Notes: a model not told the origin generated them from the sequence alone. A stretch of 32,000 bases of DNA from Microcystis aeruginosa NIES-2549 (GCF_000981785.2 NZ_CP011304.1:1560001-1592000); one strand, 5' to 3'. Positions 1 to 9,303 are shown, counted from the stretch's first letter. A program made the numbers and translations.

Positions 1-696
1 CTAGCGATCAAGGGATTAGGACAATTTCAACGTTTTAAAGCCGCTACAGCCTTTCGTTCTCTGATTGAAAATTGGCACGTTTCTGACTTTCATATTAGCG
101 AAGCTAGAGGAAGTAAAGAAATATCTTACGCTGAACACTTATCCCCCACTGGCGACAATATAGCTACAGTTGCTCAATATATTTATCAACAATATCCCGA
201 AATTTTTCAGCAAATTCTCGAAAAAATGAAACAACGAGTTCCGGGTATTTCCTCTGTGGAAGCCAAAGAAACCGAAGACGGTCGCTTGATTTTACGTTTT
301 CAAGATCAGGCCTTTAAAGACCCTTTTATTGATCGCTATGTTTCTGACGGGACTATGAAAATGTTCGCCTATTTAATATTACTATTCGATCCCAATCCTC
401 ATCCCCTACTCTGTGTCGAAGAACCAGAAAACCAACTTTATCCTACTTTATTAAAAGAACTAGCCGAAGAATTCGCCCACTATAGCTATCGGGGGGGTCA
501 GGTATTTGTTTCTAGCCACTCCCCCGATTTTCTCAATGCGGTTCCACTAGCTAGTATTTTCTGGCTAATTAAATCCCAAGGTATCACCCAAATCCATAGG
601 GCTACCGATAGCGAAATCATCAAAAACTTAGTAGCGGAAGGCGATTTACCCGGCTATCTTTGGAATCAAGGCTGGTTTGAAGGAGTAGCACCATAA
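1..696 (+). CDS. AAA_21/ABC-type (OLD/PARIS-like) ATPase, C-terminal part; the 5' end lies outside the window
   Basis: Frame 1 is open from base 1. It shows an SDGTMKMF signature-like motif, a Walker-B-like LLCVEEPENQLYP and an H-loop-like SSHSPDFL. The stop TAA (694-696) overlaps the ATG of the next gene (TAATG). Confidence 0.7.
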   Translation, partial: LAIKGLGQFQRFKAATAFRSLIENWHVSDFHISEARGSKEISYAEHLSPTGDNIATVAQYIYQQYPEIFQQILEKMKQRVPGISSVEAKETEDGRLILRFQDQAFKDPFIDRYVSDGTMKMFAYLILLFDPNPHPLLCVEEPENQLYPTLLKELAEEFAHYSYRGGQVFVSSHSPDFLNAVPLASIFWLIKSQGITQIHRATDSEIIKNLVAEGDLPGYLWNQGWFEGVAP

Positions 697-1286
697 TGAA
701 CTATGATATCGTATTTTTGCTAGAAGAGTCATCTATAGAAAATGTGTTAAACGAACTTTTGCCTAAACTTATTCCCCCAGAAATAAGGTATAAATGTATT
801 AGTCATCAAGGCAAACAAGACCTAGCCAAATCTATTCCTATAAAACTCAAAGCTTTCAAGAAATCTAGTCCCAATACCAAATTTATTATTGTTCACGATC
901 AGGATTCCCACGACTGTCAAAAACTCAAAAAAGACCTAGGGCAAATTTGTCAAAATTCCAGTGATGCTCAAGTCTTAATTAGGATTATTTGCCATGAATT
1001 AGAATCTTGATTTCTGGGAGATTTAGCAGCGGTGGCCAAGGCCTATAATTTAAATAGTCTCGGTCAAAAACAAAATAAAAGTAAATACAGAGAACCAGAC
1101 CGGCTTAACTCGGCCAAACAAGAATTAAAAAAGCTAGTGAAAGAGTATTATGCAGGAACCCACTCTAAACAGATTGCCCCTCATCTTTCCCTAACTGAAA
1201 ATAAATCGCGTAGTTTTCAAACTTTCATCCAAGGTATCAAAAATGTTGTGGAAATGATACAACGGCCCAATCCGAACCCGAACTAA
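696..1286 (+). pseudogene. DUF4276-type Toprim-like protein, interrupted by a single in-frame TGA at 1008-1010
   Basis: ORFs 696-1010 and 1032-1286 are in the same frame. Read together they give about 196 codons with CHELES*FLGDLAAV, where my recollection of the family motif is hELEaWfLGD. An N-terminal Glu (LLEES) and a DxD (HDQDSHD) fit a Toprim fold. The gene is translationally coupled to the upstream ATPase. Confidence 0.6.
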
Positions 1287-1420
1287 AATAGACCTCGACC
1301 TAATATAATTAAAAGCCTATAAACTCCTAACCAGGGGGATAATTTCTCTGGGTGTCATTTTTAGTCCCAAAAATATTCCCCCCGGCAGAGGGGAGGGGAA
1401 AGTGGGGAAAAACCGCTAGA

Positions 1421-1813
1421 TTAGCAGTTTAAGGCTAAATCTTGAGATTCTTTTTTCAAGAGATTAACGAGGGTTTCATCACCATTGTCTTGAGCGATTT
1501 GTAAACGACGTTCCAGACGACGACGAATATTGTTCAGATGGATGCTAGAAAGGGTTTCCTCTTGGACGACAATAGGGGGTTTGACAACCGGCAACGGACA
1601 AGTGTTCGGGATGACTTGCCCGGCAAGATGAGGACGGGTGCTGTAGGCAACTCCACGATACTGACGATGCAGTTTCGATTCTAATTGAAGCATATGGCGA
1701 GGATAATGGTGATTCCAGTCTTGACCTCGGTATTTACCCCCGATATCTGCGGTCTTCATCTCCAAGGGGAGAGAATCCCTTTCGTACTTAACTCCTCGAT
1801 AGGCTAACATCAT
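1421..1813 (-). CDS. DUF4278 domain protein (cyanobacterial)
   Basis: The N-terminus MMLAYRGVKY and a second YRGVAY motif are typical of DUF4278. ATG ATG lies at 1813/1810, preceded by AGGGAG. The 1831 start in the ORF track is a TTG. Confidence 0.7.
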   Translation of the reverse strand: MMLAYRGVKYERDSLPLEMKTADIGGKYRGQDWNHHYPRHMLQLESKLHRQYRGVAYSTRPHLAGQVIPNTCPLPVVKPPIVVQEETLSSIHLNNIRRRLERRLQIAQDNGDETLVNLLKKESQDLALNC

Positions 1814-1967
1814 ATCACTGACTCCCTGCAATGCTTTAAAGTGACTTTAATCCCCCCTGTCGTCTCTATTTAGGGACAACAAGTGAAAAGATTTTATTTC
1901 TTATTCTGTATCTATTTTTACATTTTGCCCAGGAAATTGAAAAAACTTTATAAAAATTTAATATTTT

Positions 1968-2417
1968 CTAGCTGGCTATAGTATCCTTTTCCGGCTGGAT
2001 GCGGTCGTCCGCCAAAAGAGCCTCTAGGGGTTTGAGGATTAATTTTGGTTGCTCGTCCTCATCGATGAGACGAATTTGAATTTGCGGGCCAGAGGTGGCA
2101 AAACGAACCACCATCCCATCGACGACGGCAGTTTTCTCGATCGGTTTGCCATTGACAAACGTCCCATTTGTCCCTAAATTTTCCAATTCCCAATCACCCT
2201 GATCATTATGGCGGATTTCTATGTGCCGCCTCGAAACCACAGCACTATAGAGAACTACATGATTATCCAGCGCCCTGCCGACGAGAATGGTTGACTGATC
2301 ATTGTCAAATTGCCAATGTTGTAGGGGTGTGGCTTGACTGGGGTGTAAAAGAGTTAAGGTGATCACGGTGACTGTTGGCGGCAGGATAGCAGCGGTGGAC
2401 AGCGAGAATTTTATCAT
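1968..2417 (-). CDS. FHA domain-containing protein
   Basis: The FHA core is ILVGRALDNHVVLYSAVVSRRHIEI...NLGTNGTFVNGKPI. I place the start at the internal ATG (MIKFSL, 2417), because the longer N-terminal extension translates a GC-rich repeat element. Confidence 0.75.
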   Translation of the reverse strand: MIKFSLSTAAILPPTVTVITLTLLHPSQATPLQHWQFDNDQSTILVGRALDNHVVLYSAVVSRRHIEIRHNDQGDWELENLGTNGTFVNGKPIEKTAVVDGMVVRFATSGPQIQIRLIDEDEQPKLILKPLEALLADDRIQPEKDTIAS

Positions 2418-2477
2418 AAATGTCGGGTGAAGACCGTTCGGCTGAGCGTTCGTGTTAGTGAGCGGATCGAGTGAGCC

Positions 2478-2547
2478 TCGCCGAACGTCCGAAGTCTTCG
2501 CCGAACGTCCGAACGTCCTCCCCACGCCACTTTGCCCTTGCGTGGGG
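2478..2547. repeat. GC-rich structured element: direct repeat TCGCCGAACGTCCGAA x2 (20-nt period) plus an 8-bp hairpin CCCCACGC/GCGTGGGG
   Basis: The direct copies are at 2478-2493 and 2498-2513. The hairpin arms are at 2520-2527 and 2540-2547. GAAGACCGTTCGGC at about 2430 is partly complementary to the repeats. Confidence 0.8.
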
Positions 2548-2905
2548 ACTGACGCGTATTTGTTGATCCTCGACATTAAGTGTTTAATCCTAGCACTGAA
2601 TATCCCTAGTTACAGCAGTTATCTTAATAGTGAGATACAAAGTTTTCCTTTTCGGTAGCCACTCGTCAGGAGTCGGTCGTCAATACCAAATTAGGTTATA
2701 ATTTCTCTTGATGAGAAAGGCTGTAATTGACTAAGCCCCTTCTATTGTCCCATACTTTCCCTTCCCCTTAAACCGACCTCGCCCAGAAAATCTGGCCACT
2801 TCGCCCCAATATTAATAGAACTGATGGGGAATAATTTCCCGATTTTGACTAAATTTTAACCTCTTCAGGGATAAGATAGTGCTTGTTTCCCCTAACAATT
2901 CATCT

Positions 2906-3079
2906 ATGAGCGGCTTTATTATAAAAATAATCTTGATATCGGCTTTAATCTCCCTGGGAATTAAATATCTTGCCCCTTTATTATCGATCGCTCCCAGTCC
3001 TTTTAACACTTTAATTCTGGTTTTTACTCCTTTTCTGCTCACGGTTTTTGCCCTCTGGAGACGGACAATAACTGATTAG
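2906..3079 (+). CDS. hypothetical small hydrophobic membrane protein
   Basis: The 57-aa ORF has two predicted hydrophobic helices (IIKIILISALISLGI, LILVFTPFLLTVFALW) and sits directly upstream of the transporter gene. No family was recognised. Confidence 0.35.
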   Translation: MSGFIIKIILISALISLGIKYLAPLLSIAPSPFNTLILVFTPFLLTVFALWRRTITD

Positions 3080-3100
3080 GAATTTTTCTCCTTGCTCATC

Positions 3101-4150
3101 ATGACTTTTGGCAGTAGCTTCGGTTTAGTCCTGTTAGTCTTTTGTCTGTTGATTCTCTGGCAGATTCGACAGATTCTCTTATTATTATTGATGGCGATTC
3201 TTCTCGCCCAGATTTTAAATTTGGCTGTAACTTGGTGGCAGCGTCATCACCTCAAGCGTTCCCACGCCCTAATTATCACTCTTTTTAGCTTCTTTATTGG
3301 TATTATCGGTATTTTTGTGGGGATTATACCCGCTTTAGTTCAACAATTTCGCCAATTATTTAGTTTATTACCCCAAGCTATAGAAAGACTCTGGGGACAA
3401 GTCCATAGTCTTGAGGATTATCTCGATCCTAGTCTGGCCACTGTCTTCCCGGATTTTAAAACGCTGCTGGCTCAATTACAACCCCTGATTAACCAAATTG
3501 CCGGCCGGGGTTTAAGCATTTTTTACGGCACTTTCGGCATTATCCTCAGCTTACTGCTAATTGTTGCCCTGAGCTTGATGATTCTCGCCGATCCTGCCGT
3601 TTACCACCGTTGTTTTCTGCGTTTATTTCCCGCTTTCTACCGTCCTCGGGTACGATCGATCCTAGAAGATTGCGATCGAGATTTAAAAGCTTGGCTAAAA
3701 GGGATTTTCTGTCATATGTTGATTATGACCTTGGGCAGTTGCCTAGGTCTATCTCTGATCGGCATTCCCCTCGCTTTTTCCCAATCTATTCTGGCGGGAT
3801 TTCTCACCTTTATCCCCAACCTCGGCCCGGTTTTAAGCACGATTTTACCCTTTTCTATCGCCCTTCTGGAAGCTCCCTGGCAACCCTGGGCAGTTTTACT
3901 GCTCTACAGCAGTATTTATCTGTTAATTCAATATTTCGACCGTCATTCACCGCTGCCCATTTTAACAGTGCGGTCGCTCAAACTCTTACCCGCTTTTACC
4001 CTGTTGGCCCAGTTGTTTTTTGCCTCGATTTTTGGCTTTTTAGGGCTATTTCTGGCGGTTCCCCTGGCGCTTATCGGTCGTATTTGGCTAAAGGAAGCCT
4101 TGATCAACGATATTCTCAATCATTGGCGGATCGGGGATAAAAAATACTAA
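3101..4150 (+). CDS. AI-2E family transporter (PerM/UPF0118-type permease)
   Basis: This is a polytopic membrane protein of about 350 aa with the typical AI-2E layout. It has a central loop and a C-terminal LxGFLGLFLAVPL helix. The first ATG is at 3101; the track start at 3092 is a TTG. Confidence 0.85.
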   Translation: MTFGSSFGLVLLVFCLLILWQIRQILLLLLMAILLAQILNLAVTWWQRHHLKRSHALIITLFSFFIGIIGIFVGIIPALVQQFRQLFSLLPQAIERLWGQVHSLEDYLDPSLATVFPDFKTLLAQLQPLINQIAGRGLSIFYGTFGIILSLLLIVALSLMILADPAVYHRCFLRLFPAFYRPRVRSILEDCDRDLKAWLKGIFCHMLIMTLGSCLGLSLIGIPLAFSQSILAGFLTFIPNLGPVLSTILPFSIALLEAPWQPWAVLLLYSSIYLLIQYFDRHSPLPILTVRSLKLLPAFTLLAQLFFASIFGFLGLFLAVPLALIGRIWLKEALINDILNHWRIGDKKY

Positions 4151-4151
4151 A

Positions 4152-4224
4152 CTGGGGATCTAGGATTCGAACCTAGGAAATGGCGGGACCAAAACCCGCT
4201 GCCTTACCGCTTGGCTAATCCCCA
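4152..4224 (-). tRNA. tRNA-Gln (anticodon UUG)
   Basis: The reverse complement is UGGGGAUUAGCCAAGCGGUAAGGCAGCGGGUUUUGGUCCCGCCAUUUCCUAGGUUCGAAUCCUAGAUCCCCAG. It forms a cloverleaf with a 3-bp D stem, like E. coli tRNA-Gln, and the anticodon loop is UUUUGGU. No CCA is encoded. The variable region appears 1 nt longer than usual, so verify with tRNAscan-SE. Confidence 0.85.
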
Positions 4225-4321
4225 TTGCACAGACCTTTTTAATATTAGCATTTATCTCCCCGGTTTTGTCAAGAAGTTTATAAAAATTTTTTACTTAGAG
4301 TTTGCGGCAAAAAGTTTTTCG

Positions 4322-4447
4322 TGGGGTGTGGGGTTTGGGGTTTGGGGTTTGGGGTGTGGGGTGTGGGGTGTAGGGTGTGGGGTGTGGGCTTCGGCCGTGA
4401 GCTCAGCCGAACGGGTGTGGGGTGTGGGGTTTGGGGTTTGGGGTAGG
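4322..4447 (+). repeat. G-rich heptanucleotide tandem array (GGGGTGT / GGGGTTT units), split by a GC palindrome
   Basis: About 15 consecutive heptamers carry GGGG tracts. They are interrupted at about 4389-4405 by CTTCGGCCGTGAGCTCAGCCGAACG, whose arms TTCGGC/GCCGAA pair. Confidence 0.9.
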
Positions 4448-4470
4448 GTTGATTCATGAATCAACCCTAC
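4443..4470. repeat. Perfect 28-nt palindrome GTAGGGTTGATTCA|TGAATCAACCCTAC
   Basis: Positions 4443-4456 are the exact reverse complement of 4457-4470. A further ATCAACCCTAG half-site follows at about 4474-4486. Confidence 0.9.
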
Positions 4471-4512
4471 TATAAATCAACCCTAGGGTTTGGGGTATAA
4501 GGAGAAAAATCT

Positions 4513-4698
4513 ATGGATAATAGCGCACAAAACTGGTACATTGTCCGGGAAAATACCGGAATTTGTCAGATTATAGCCCTAGAAAACGGAAAAACCCCAG
4601 TCAATGGTCAATACTGGGGTCCTTTTGCCGAACGGGGAGAAGCGATCGCCCGTCGGGTGGGTTTAATTCGAGTGGGCAAATGTCAACCTATTGTTTAG
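4513..4698 (+). CDS. hypothetical small protein (61 aa)
   Basis: A strong RBS AAGGAGA lies 8 nt upstream of the ATG. The composition is non-repetitive. Its 3' end overlaps the convergent protease gene by 11 nt. Confidence 0.55.
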   Translation: MDNSAQNWYIVRENTGICQIIALENGKTPVNGQYWGPFAERGEAIARRVGLIRVGKCQPIV

Positions 4699-5980
4699 CG
4701 GTATTGGTGGGCGTTTTTTTGCCTTCAGTGATTTCTTTTTCTAGGATTTCAAAAGCCTTCTTGAATTGCGGATCTTGGAAGGTTCCTACCCGATCCCGTT
4801 CCTCTTGAAGATTTTTGCGTTCTTCCTCACTCAGTTCCGACTCCACATCGGGATGAATACCATCTTTATTGATGTCGCGTCCTTTGGGGGTAAGATACTT
4901 GGCAATTGTCACCGCTAATCCCGAACCGTCACTGAGATTGCGTACCGATTGCACTAATCCCTTACCAAAGGTTTTCGTACCGACAATAACCGCCCGATCA
5001 TGATCCTGTAAAGCTCCGGAGAGAATTTCACTAGCACTGGCGGAACCCCCATCGACGAGGACAACTAAAGGTTTATTAGTCAAAGCTTGATTGTTGGCCC
5101 GTTGACGTTCCGTCACCCCTTTGCGATCGACCGTAGAGACAATTAAACCATCGGGTATCCACATCCGAGCGATTTCGATGCTGGCGTAGAGTAAACCGCC
5201 GGGGTTAGAACGCAGATCGAGAATATAACCTTTCACCTCTTCGGTTTCCAATTCGCGAATCGCTTGACTCATATCGCCACTAGCTTGGGCGCTAAATTGA
5301 TTAAGACGGATATAACCGATTTTACCGATCGGGGTGTTTTCCGTGTGGGCCCGCACCGGGTGAATTTCAATTTTGGCCCGGGTAAGAGTCAATTCTTTCT
5401 TCTCCTCACCCCGTTGAATCGTGATCTTAACACTTGTCCCCACTTTGCCGCGGATCATGCTCACCGCTTGATCCAGTTCCATGCCTGCGGTAGATTTACC
5501 ATCGATAGAAATAATCACATCTTTGGGCAGCACACCGGCTTTAGAAGCGGGAGTATCTTCAATGGGTGAAACCACGACTAACTGCTTGGTTTTCTCATCT
5601 TTGGTCAGTTGAATCCCTACCCCGGTCAATTCTCCCGATGTATCGATCTTCATATTGTTAAACTCTTTGGGATCCATAAAACGGGTATAGGGATCATTGA
5701 GAGTTTTCAACATCTCACGGATAGCGGTGTATGCTTCCTCTTGATTTTTGTAGGAACGATTTAAATACTGATTGCGGATGGCGTTCCAGTCCGATTGATT
5801 AAAAGTGCCATCTAAATAAGTGCGGTTGATGATCTGCCAAACCTCATCAACGGTTTCCTTGGGACTTTCCTGAAAAAAAGCTTGACTTTGGGAGAGACGG
5901 AATCCCGCCCCCGTGACGGCGACGGTAGACAGGACCACTGCTGTAGCACCGAGAACAAGTCCGCGTTTGTTGATAACCAT
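4688..5980 (-). CDS. S41 family carboxyl-terminal processing protease (CtpA/B/C paralogue not resolved)
   Basis: There is an N-terminal membrane anchor or signal and a PDZ region. The catalytic Ser motif is VDGGSASASEI and the Lys motif is TFGKGLVQS. Confidence 0.9.
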   Translation of the reverse strand: MVINKRGLVLGATAVVLSTVAVTGAGFRLSQSQAFFQESPKETVDEVWQIINRTYLDGTFNQSDWNAIRNQYLNRSYKNQEEAYTAIREMLKTLNDPYTRFMDPKEFNNMKIDTSGELTGVGIQLTKDEKTKQLVVVSPIEDTPASKAGVLPKDVIISIDGKSTAGMELDQAVSMIRGKVGTSVKITIQRGEEKKELTLTRAKIEIHPVRAHTENTPIGKIGYIRLNQFSAQASGDMSQAIRELETEEVKGYILDLRSNPGGLLYASIEIARMWIPDGLIVSTVDRKGVTERQRANNQALTNKPLVVLVDGGSASASEILSGALQDHDRAVIVGTKTFGKGLVQSVRNLSDGSGLAVTIAKYLTPKGRDINKDGIHPDVESELSEEERKNLQEERDRVGTFQDPQFKKAFEILEKEITEGKKTPTNTAKQ

Positions 5981-6225
5981 AGGTAATTTTCGGATAAATT
6001 AGGCTGTTCTTGCCGGAACGCTCTTTCTGGCTGACCGTCGAAATATCTTGGCAAAAAGGAGCGTTTAGGTTTACTGGAGACAGACAAAAGAACGCCTGTA
6101 GACTACTACTGTTATAACATTGATTATCTCTTTCTTTGTCAAACTGGTTATTTGAGTGGCTATCAAGTTGCCAGCAGCCCACCTCGCGACCTAAGATAAC
6201 AGCAAAACTGCCCGAGATTTTCCCT

Positions 6226-7047
6226 ATGAGTGATCAAATCCTTTCTTCCCTCTCCCTGGAACAAAAACGACAAAACCTGCGCCACCAAAGACGATCAAAA
6301 GTGTGGCAAGCCCTAGGTCGCTTTCTGGTGGTTAGTGGTTTAGCGGCGGGATTAGCTTGGGGGATGACTTCGCCCTATTGGACAATTACCAAGGCTCGAC
6401 AGGTGGAAATCGAAGGCACGGAATTAATGTCGCCCGAGTCGATTCGTGCTTGGCTGAAATTAAGCTATCCTCTGTCTCTCTGGGAATTACCTACCCATCG
6501 ATTGCGAGAAAAATTAGCAGCTATTCCCGCCATTGCCGACGTTAAGATCGAGCGGCAATTATTACCCCCGAAAGTGATTGTTTCTATTCAAGAAAGAAAA
6601 CCTGTTGCCCGTTGGCGTTCTCATCAACAGCAAGGTTTTTTAGATGCCTCGGGAACGATAATTCCTCAAAACTATTATGGTCGAACTCTACCCAAAAGCC
6701 AATTACCTAGCCTAGAAGTGCTTGGTTACGACCGACAATATCAACAACAGTGGCAGAAAATTTATCCTTTAATTGACAACTTATCGATTAAAGTTACCGC
6801 CATCGATTGGCGCAATCCTAGTAATCTTGTACTAAAAACCGAACTGGGACAGGTCTATTTAGGTTTTTATAAGGATAGATTGCCCGAAAAATTAACCGCT
6901 CTCGTACAATCACGGCCATTGTCATCCAAGATACCCCTAGCGCGAATTCTCTACATTGACCTGAGCAATCCCGATGCTCCCACTGTACAATTAAAACCGC
7001 AGCCAGCCCCTATCGTGGCCAAAGTAACGGCAACTGCTAGGGATTAA
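6226..7047 (+). CDS. ftsQ: cell division protein FtsQ (POTRA domain)
   Basis: It has a basic N-terminus, one TM helix (FLVVSGLAAGLAWG) and a POTRA-like VEIEGTELMSPESIRAWL...VSIQERKPVA. It lies immediately upstream of ftsZ. I chose the ATG at 6226; the ORF is open from 6136. Confidence 0.8.
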   Translation: MSDQILSSLSLEQKRQNLRHQRRSKVWQALGRFLVVSGLAAGLAWGMTSPYWTITKARQVEIEGTELMSPESIRAWLKLSYPLSLWELPTHRLREKLAAIPAIADVKIERQLLPPKVIVSIQERKPVARWRSHQQQGFLDASGTIIPQNYYGRTLPKSQLPSLEVLGYDRQYQQQWQKIYPLIDNLSIKVTAIDWRNPSNLVLKTELGQVYLGFYKDRLPEKLTALVQSRPLSSKIPLARILYIDLSNPDAPTVQLKPQPAPIVAKVTATARD

Positions 7048-7239
7048 CTGCAATATATCAGCAAAAAACTGCAATTATTCCCTTTAGGTATTGCCAAAAA
7101 AACCAAATTATGATTTTCTGAACAAGAAACTGATAATGTAGATACTGGAACCGACATAATGTTAGTGATAGTGTTAACAGTGCATCTCTGATTTATCAAA
7201 CCAATAACAGAATCTTGTACTAAGAGTGTTCCAATTCCA

Positions 7240-8487
7240 ATGACATCGATTAATGAAATTGTTTCCATCTACCCAAATCTGAACAGTAACGATTATGCCA
7301 GTTCAGCTATGAGCGAAGATAATCATTCCTCTCGTAATAACACTGGTCTATCGTTTTCTCGCCCCCATGAATCACAGATGACACCCCGAGAAGAAAGTCG
7401 TAGTAATCGCATCGTGCCAAGCAATGTCGCCAAGATCAAGGTGATCGGGGTCGGCGGTGGGGGCTGTAACGCCGTTAACCGCATGATCGCCAGTGGCGTG
7501 ACTGGAATCGAATTTTGGGCAATTAACACCGACGCCCAGGCCCTGGCCCATTCCTCCGCCCCCCAAAGGTTACAAATCGGGACAAAATTAACCCGCGGTT
7601 TAGGGGCGGGCGGCAATCCAGCGATCGGACAGAAAGCGGCGGAAGAATCTCGGGATGAAATCGCCCAAGCATTAGAAGGAACCGATCTAGTCTTTATTAC
7701 CGCCGGCATGGGCGGCGGCACGGGAACGGGGGCTGCTCCAATTGTGGCCGAAATTGCCAAAGAAATCGGCTGTTTGACCGTGGGAGTTGTGACTCGTCCC
7801 TTTACCTTCGAGGGTCGTCGTCGCACTAATCAGGCCGATGAAGGGGTGGGCGGTTTACAAAGTCGGGTCGATACCCTGATTATTATCCCCAATAACCAGT
7901 TATTACAGGTAATACCCGCCGAAACTCCCCTACAGGAGGCTTTTCGCGTCGCTGATGATGTGCTGCGGCAAGGGGTGCAGGGGATTTCCGATATTATCAC
8001 GATCCCCGGTCTGGTGAATGTGGATTTCGCTGATGTGCGGGCAGTGATGGCCGATGCGGGTTCGGCCCTAATGGGCATCGGCATCGGTTCCGGAAAATCT
8101 CGGGCTAAGGAAGGAGCGATCGCTGCTATTTCCTCGCCGTTACTGGAATCCTCGATCGAAGGGGCGAAAGGTGTGGTCTTTAACATCACCGGTGGCCAAG
8201 ATCTAACCCTACACGAAGTCAATGCCGCTGCGGAAATTATCTATGAAGTGGTGGATCCCAATGCTAATATCATCTTTGGGGCGGTAATTGACGAGAAAAT
8301 GCAGGGAGAAGTCAGAATTACGGTCATTGCTACCGGTTTTTCTGGCGAATCCCCCTCTCGTCCCACCAGTAGCAAGGTGATGATCAATACCCCCGCACCC
8401 AGTCCTGTCCCGACTCCGGAACCACCAAAACCGGCGGGATTAGATATTCCCGAGTTCTTGCAACGTCGTCGTCCTTTTGATCGCTAA
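7240..8487 (+). CDS. ftsZ: cell division GTPase FtsZ
   Basis: It carries [15 protein letters not shown] and the tubulin signature [12 protein letters not shown]. The C-terminal conserved peptide is DIPEFLQRR. Confidence 0.95.
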   Translation: MTSINEIVSIYPNLNSNDYASSAMSEDNHSSRNNTGLSFSRPHESQMTPREESRSNRIVPSNVAKIKVIGVGGGGCNAVNRMIASGVTGIEFWAINTDAQALAHSSAPQRLQIGTKLTRGLGAGGNPAIGQKAAEESRDEIAQALEGTDLVFITAGMGGGTGTGAAPIVAEIAKEIGCLTVGVVTRPFTFEGRRRTNQADEGVGGLQSRVDTLIIIPNNQLLQVIPAETPLQEAFRVADDVLRQGVQGISDIITIPGLVNVDFADVRAVMADAGSALMGIGIGSGKSRAKEGAIAAISSPLLESSIEGAKGVVFNITGGQDLTLHEVNAAAEIIYEVVDPNANIIFGAVIDEKMQGEVRITVIATGFSGESPSRPTSSKVMINTPAPSPVPTPEPPKPAGLDIPEFLQRRRPFDR

Positions 8488-8493
8488 CCTCCT

Positions 8494-9294
8494 ATGACTG
8501 CCATTGCCCTCACCATCGCCGGTTCCGATAGTGGCGGCGGCGCGGGAATTCAAGCTGATTTGAAAACCTTCGCCTTCCACCGAGTTCACGGCACCAGCGC
8601 CCTTACCTGCGTTACCGCCCAAAATACCCTGGGGGTCGATCGGGTCGAGTCCCTAAGTCCAGAAATGGTAACGGCCCAAATCGATGCGGTGGTCAGGGAT
8701 TTCGGTGTGTCAGCGGTCAAGACGGGAATGCTGTTTAGTAGCGAGATTATCGAAGCGGTGGCCGAGGCGATCGAGCGCTGGCGTTTAACCAGTTTAGTGG
8801 TGGATCCGGTTATGGTGTCGCGGGTAGGAGCCAAATTAATTGATGATCGGGCTGTAGATAGTCTTTTTGATAGTTTAATTCCCCTGGCTTCGATTATTAC
8901 CCCTAATCGTTACGAAGCGCAGCTTTTAAGTGGCATCGAGATCAATGATTTTGAGACGATGAAAGCGGCCGCCGAAATTATTTTCCAGAAGTCGGCCACA
9001 CCGGTATTAGTGAAAGGAGGAGGTATGAAAGGCCGGCTGCGTGGGGTTGATATCTGCTTTGATGGGGAGGAATGGGAAACTTTTCAGACCAGAAGCGTCG
9101 AAACCAATAACACTCACGGGACTGGTTGTACTCTATCGGCCGCGATCGCCGCTAACCTCGCTTTGGGTGATGACCTGAAAATAGCGGTGAGAAAAGCCAA
9201 GGATTACGTTACTAACGCCCTCGATCATTCCCTCGCTATCGGTTACGGAACAGGTCCAGTGGGTCATTTTTACGCATTAAAAGCCCTAAATTAG
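8494..9294 (+). CDS. thiD: bifunctional hydroxymethylpyrimidine kinase / phosphomethylpyrimidine kinase
   Basis: The N-terminal motif is IAGSDSGGGAGIQADLKT, and the anion-hole region is VKGGG...THGTGCTLSAAIAA. The gene starts 6 nt after the ftsZ stop. Confidence 0.9.
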   Translation: MTAIALTIAGSDSGGGAGIQADLKTFAFHRVHGTSALTCVTAQNTLGVDRVESLSPEMVTAQIDAVVRDFGVSAVKTGMLFSSEIIEAVAEAIERWRLTSLVVDPVMVSRVGAKLIDDRAVDSLFDSLIPLASIITPNRYEAQLLSGIEINDFETMKAAAEIIFQKSATPVLVKGGGMKGRLRGVDICFDGEEWETFQTRSVETNNTHGTGCTLSAAIAANLALGDDLKIAVRKAKDYVTNALDHSLAIGYGTGPVGHFYALKALN

Positions 9295-9303
9295 TCAAAA
9301 TTC

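Noticed and set aside
1968-2576. The full 202-aa version of the FHA ORF.
   Set aside because: The extra 53 N-terminal residues translate the GC-rich repeat element at 2425-2547 and are low complexity (SGVGRTFGRSAKTSDVRRGS). The internal ATG at 2417 gives a typical short FHA protein. The longer form cannot be fully excluded.
3610-4140. A 176-aa alternative-frame ORF inside the AI-2E transporter gene.
   Set aside because: It lies on the same strand but in a different frame of a well-supported membrane protein gene. Its product is Ser/Arg/Pro-rich with no recognisable domain.
4211-4459. An 82-aa ORF with GVWG repeats.
   Set aside because: It is a translation of the G-rich heptamer array and overlaps the tRNA-Gln 5' end. 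It is not a plausible gene.
5264-6182. ORFs 5264-5569 (+), 5812-6087 (-) and 5847-6182 (-) around the ctp gene and its upstream region.
   Set aside because: They overlap the well-supported S41 protease gene or its promoter region in other frames, and no motifs were found.
7323-8222. Antisense ORFs inside ftsZ (7323-7826, 7372-7566, 7830-8222), and similar ones inside thiD (8586-8834).
   Set aside because: These are shadow ORFs opposite strongly supported, GC-rich, Gly/Ala-rich genes. They have no motifs and a Pro/Arg/Ser-rich composition.
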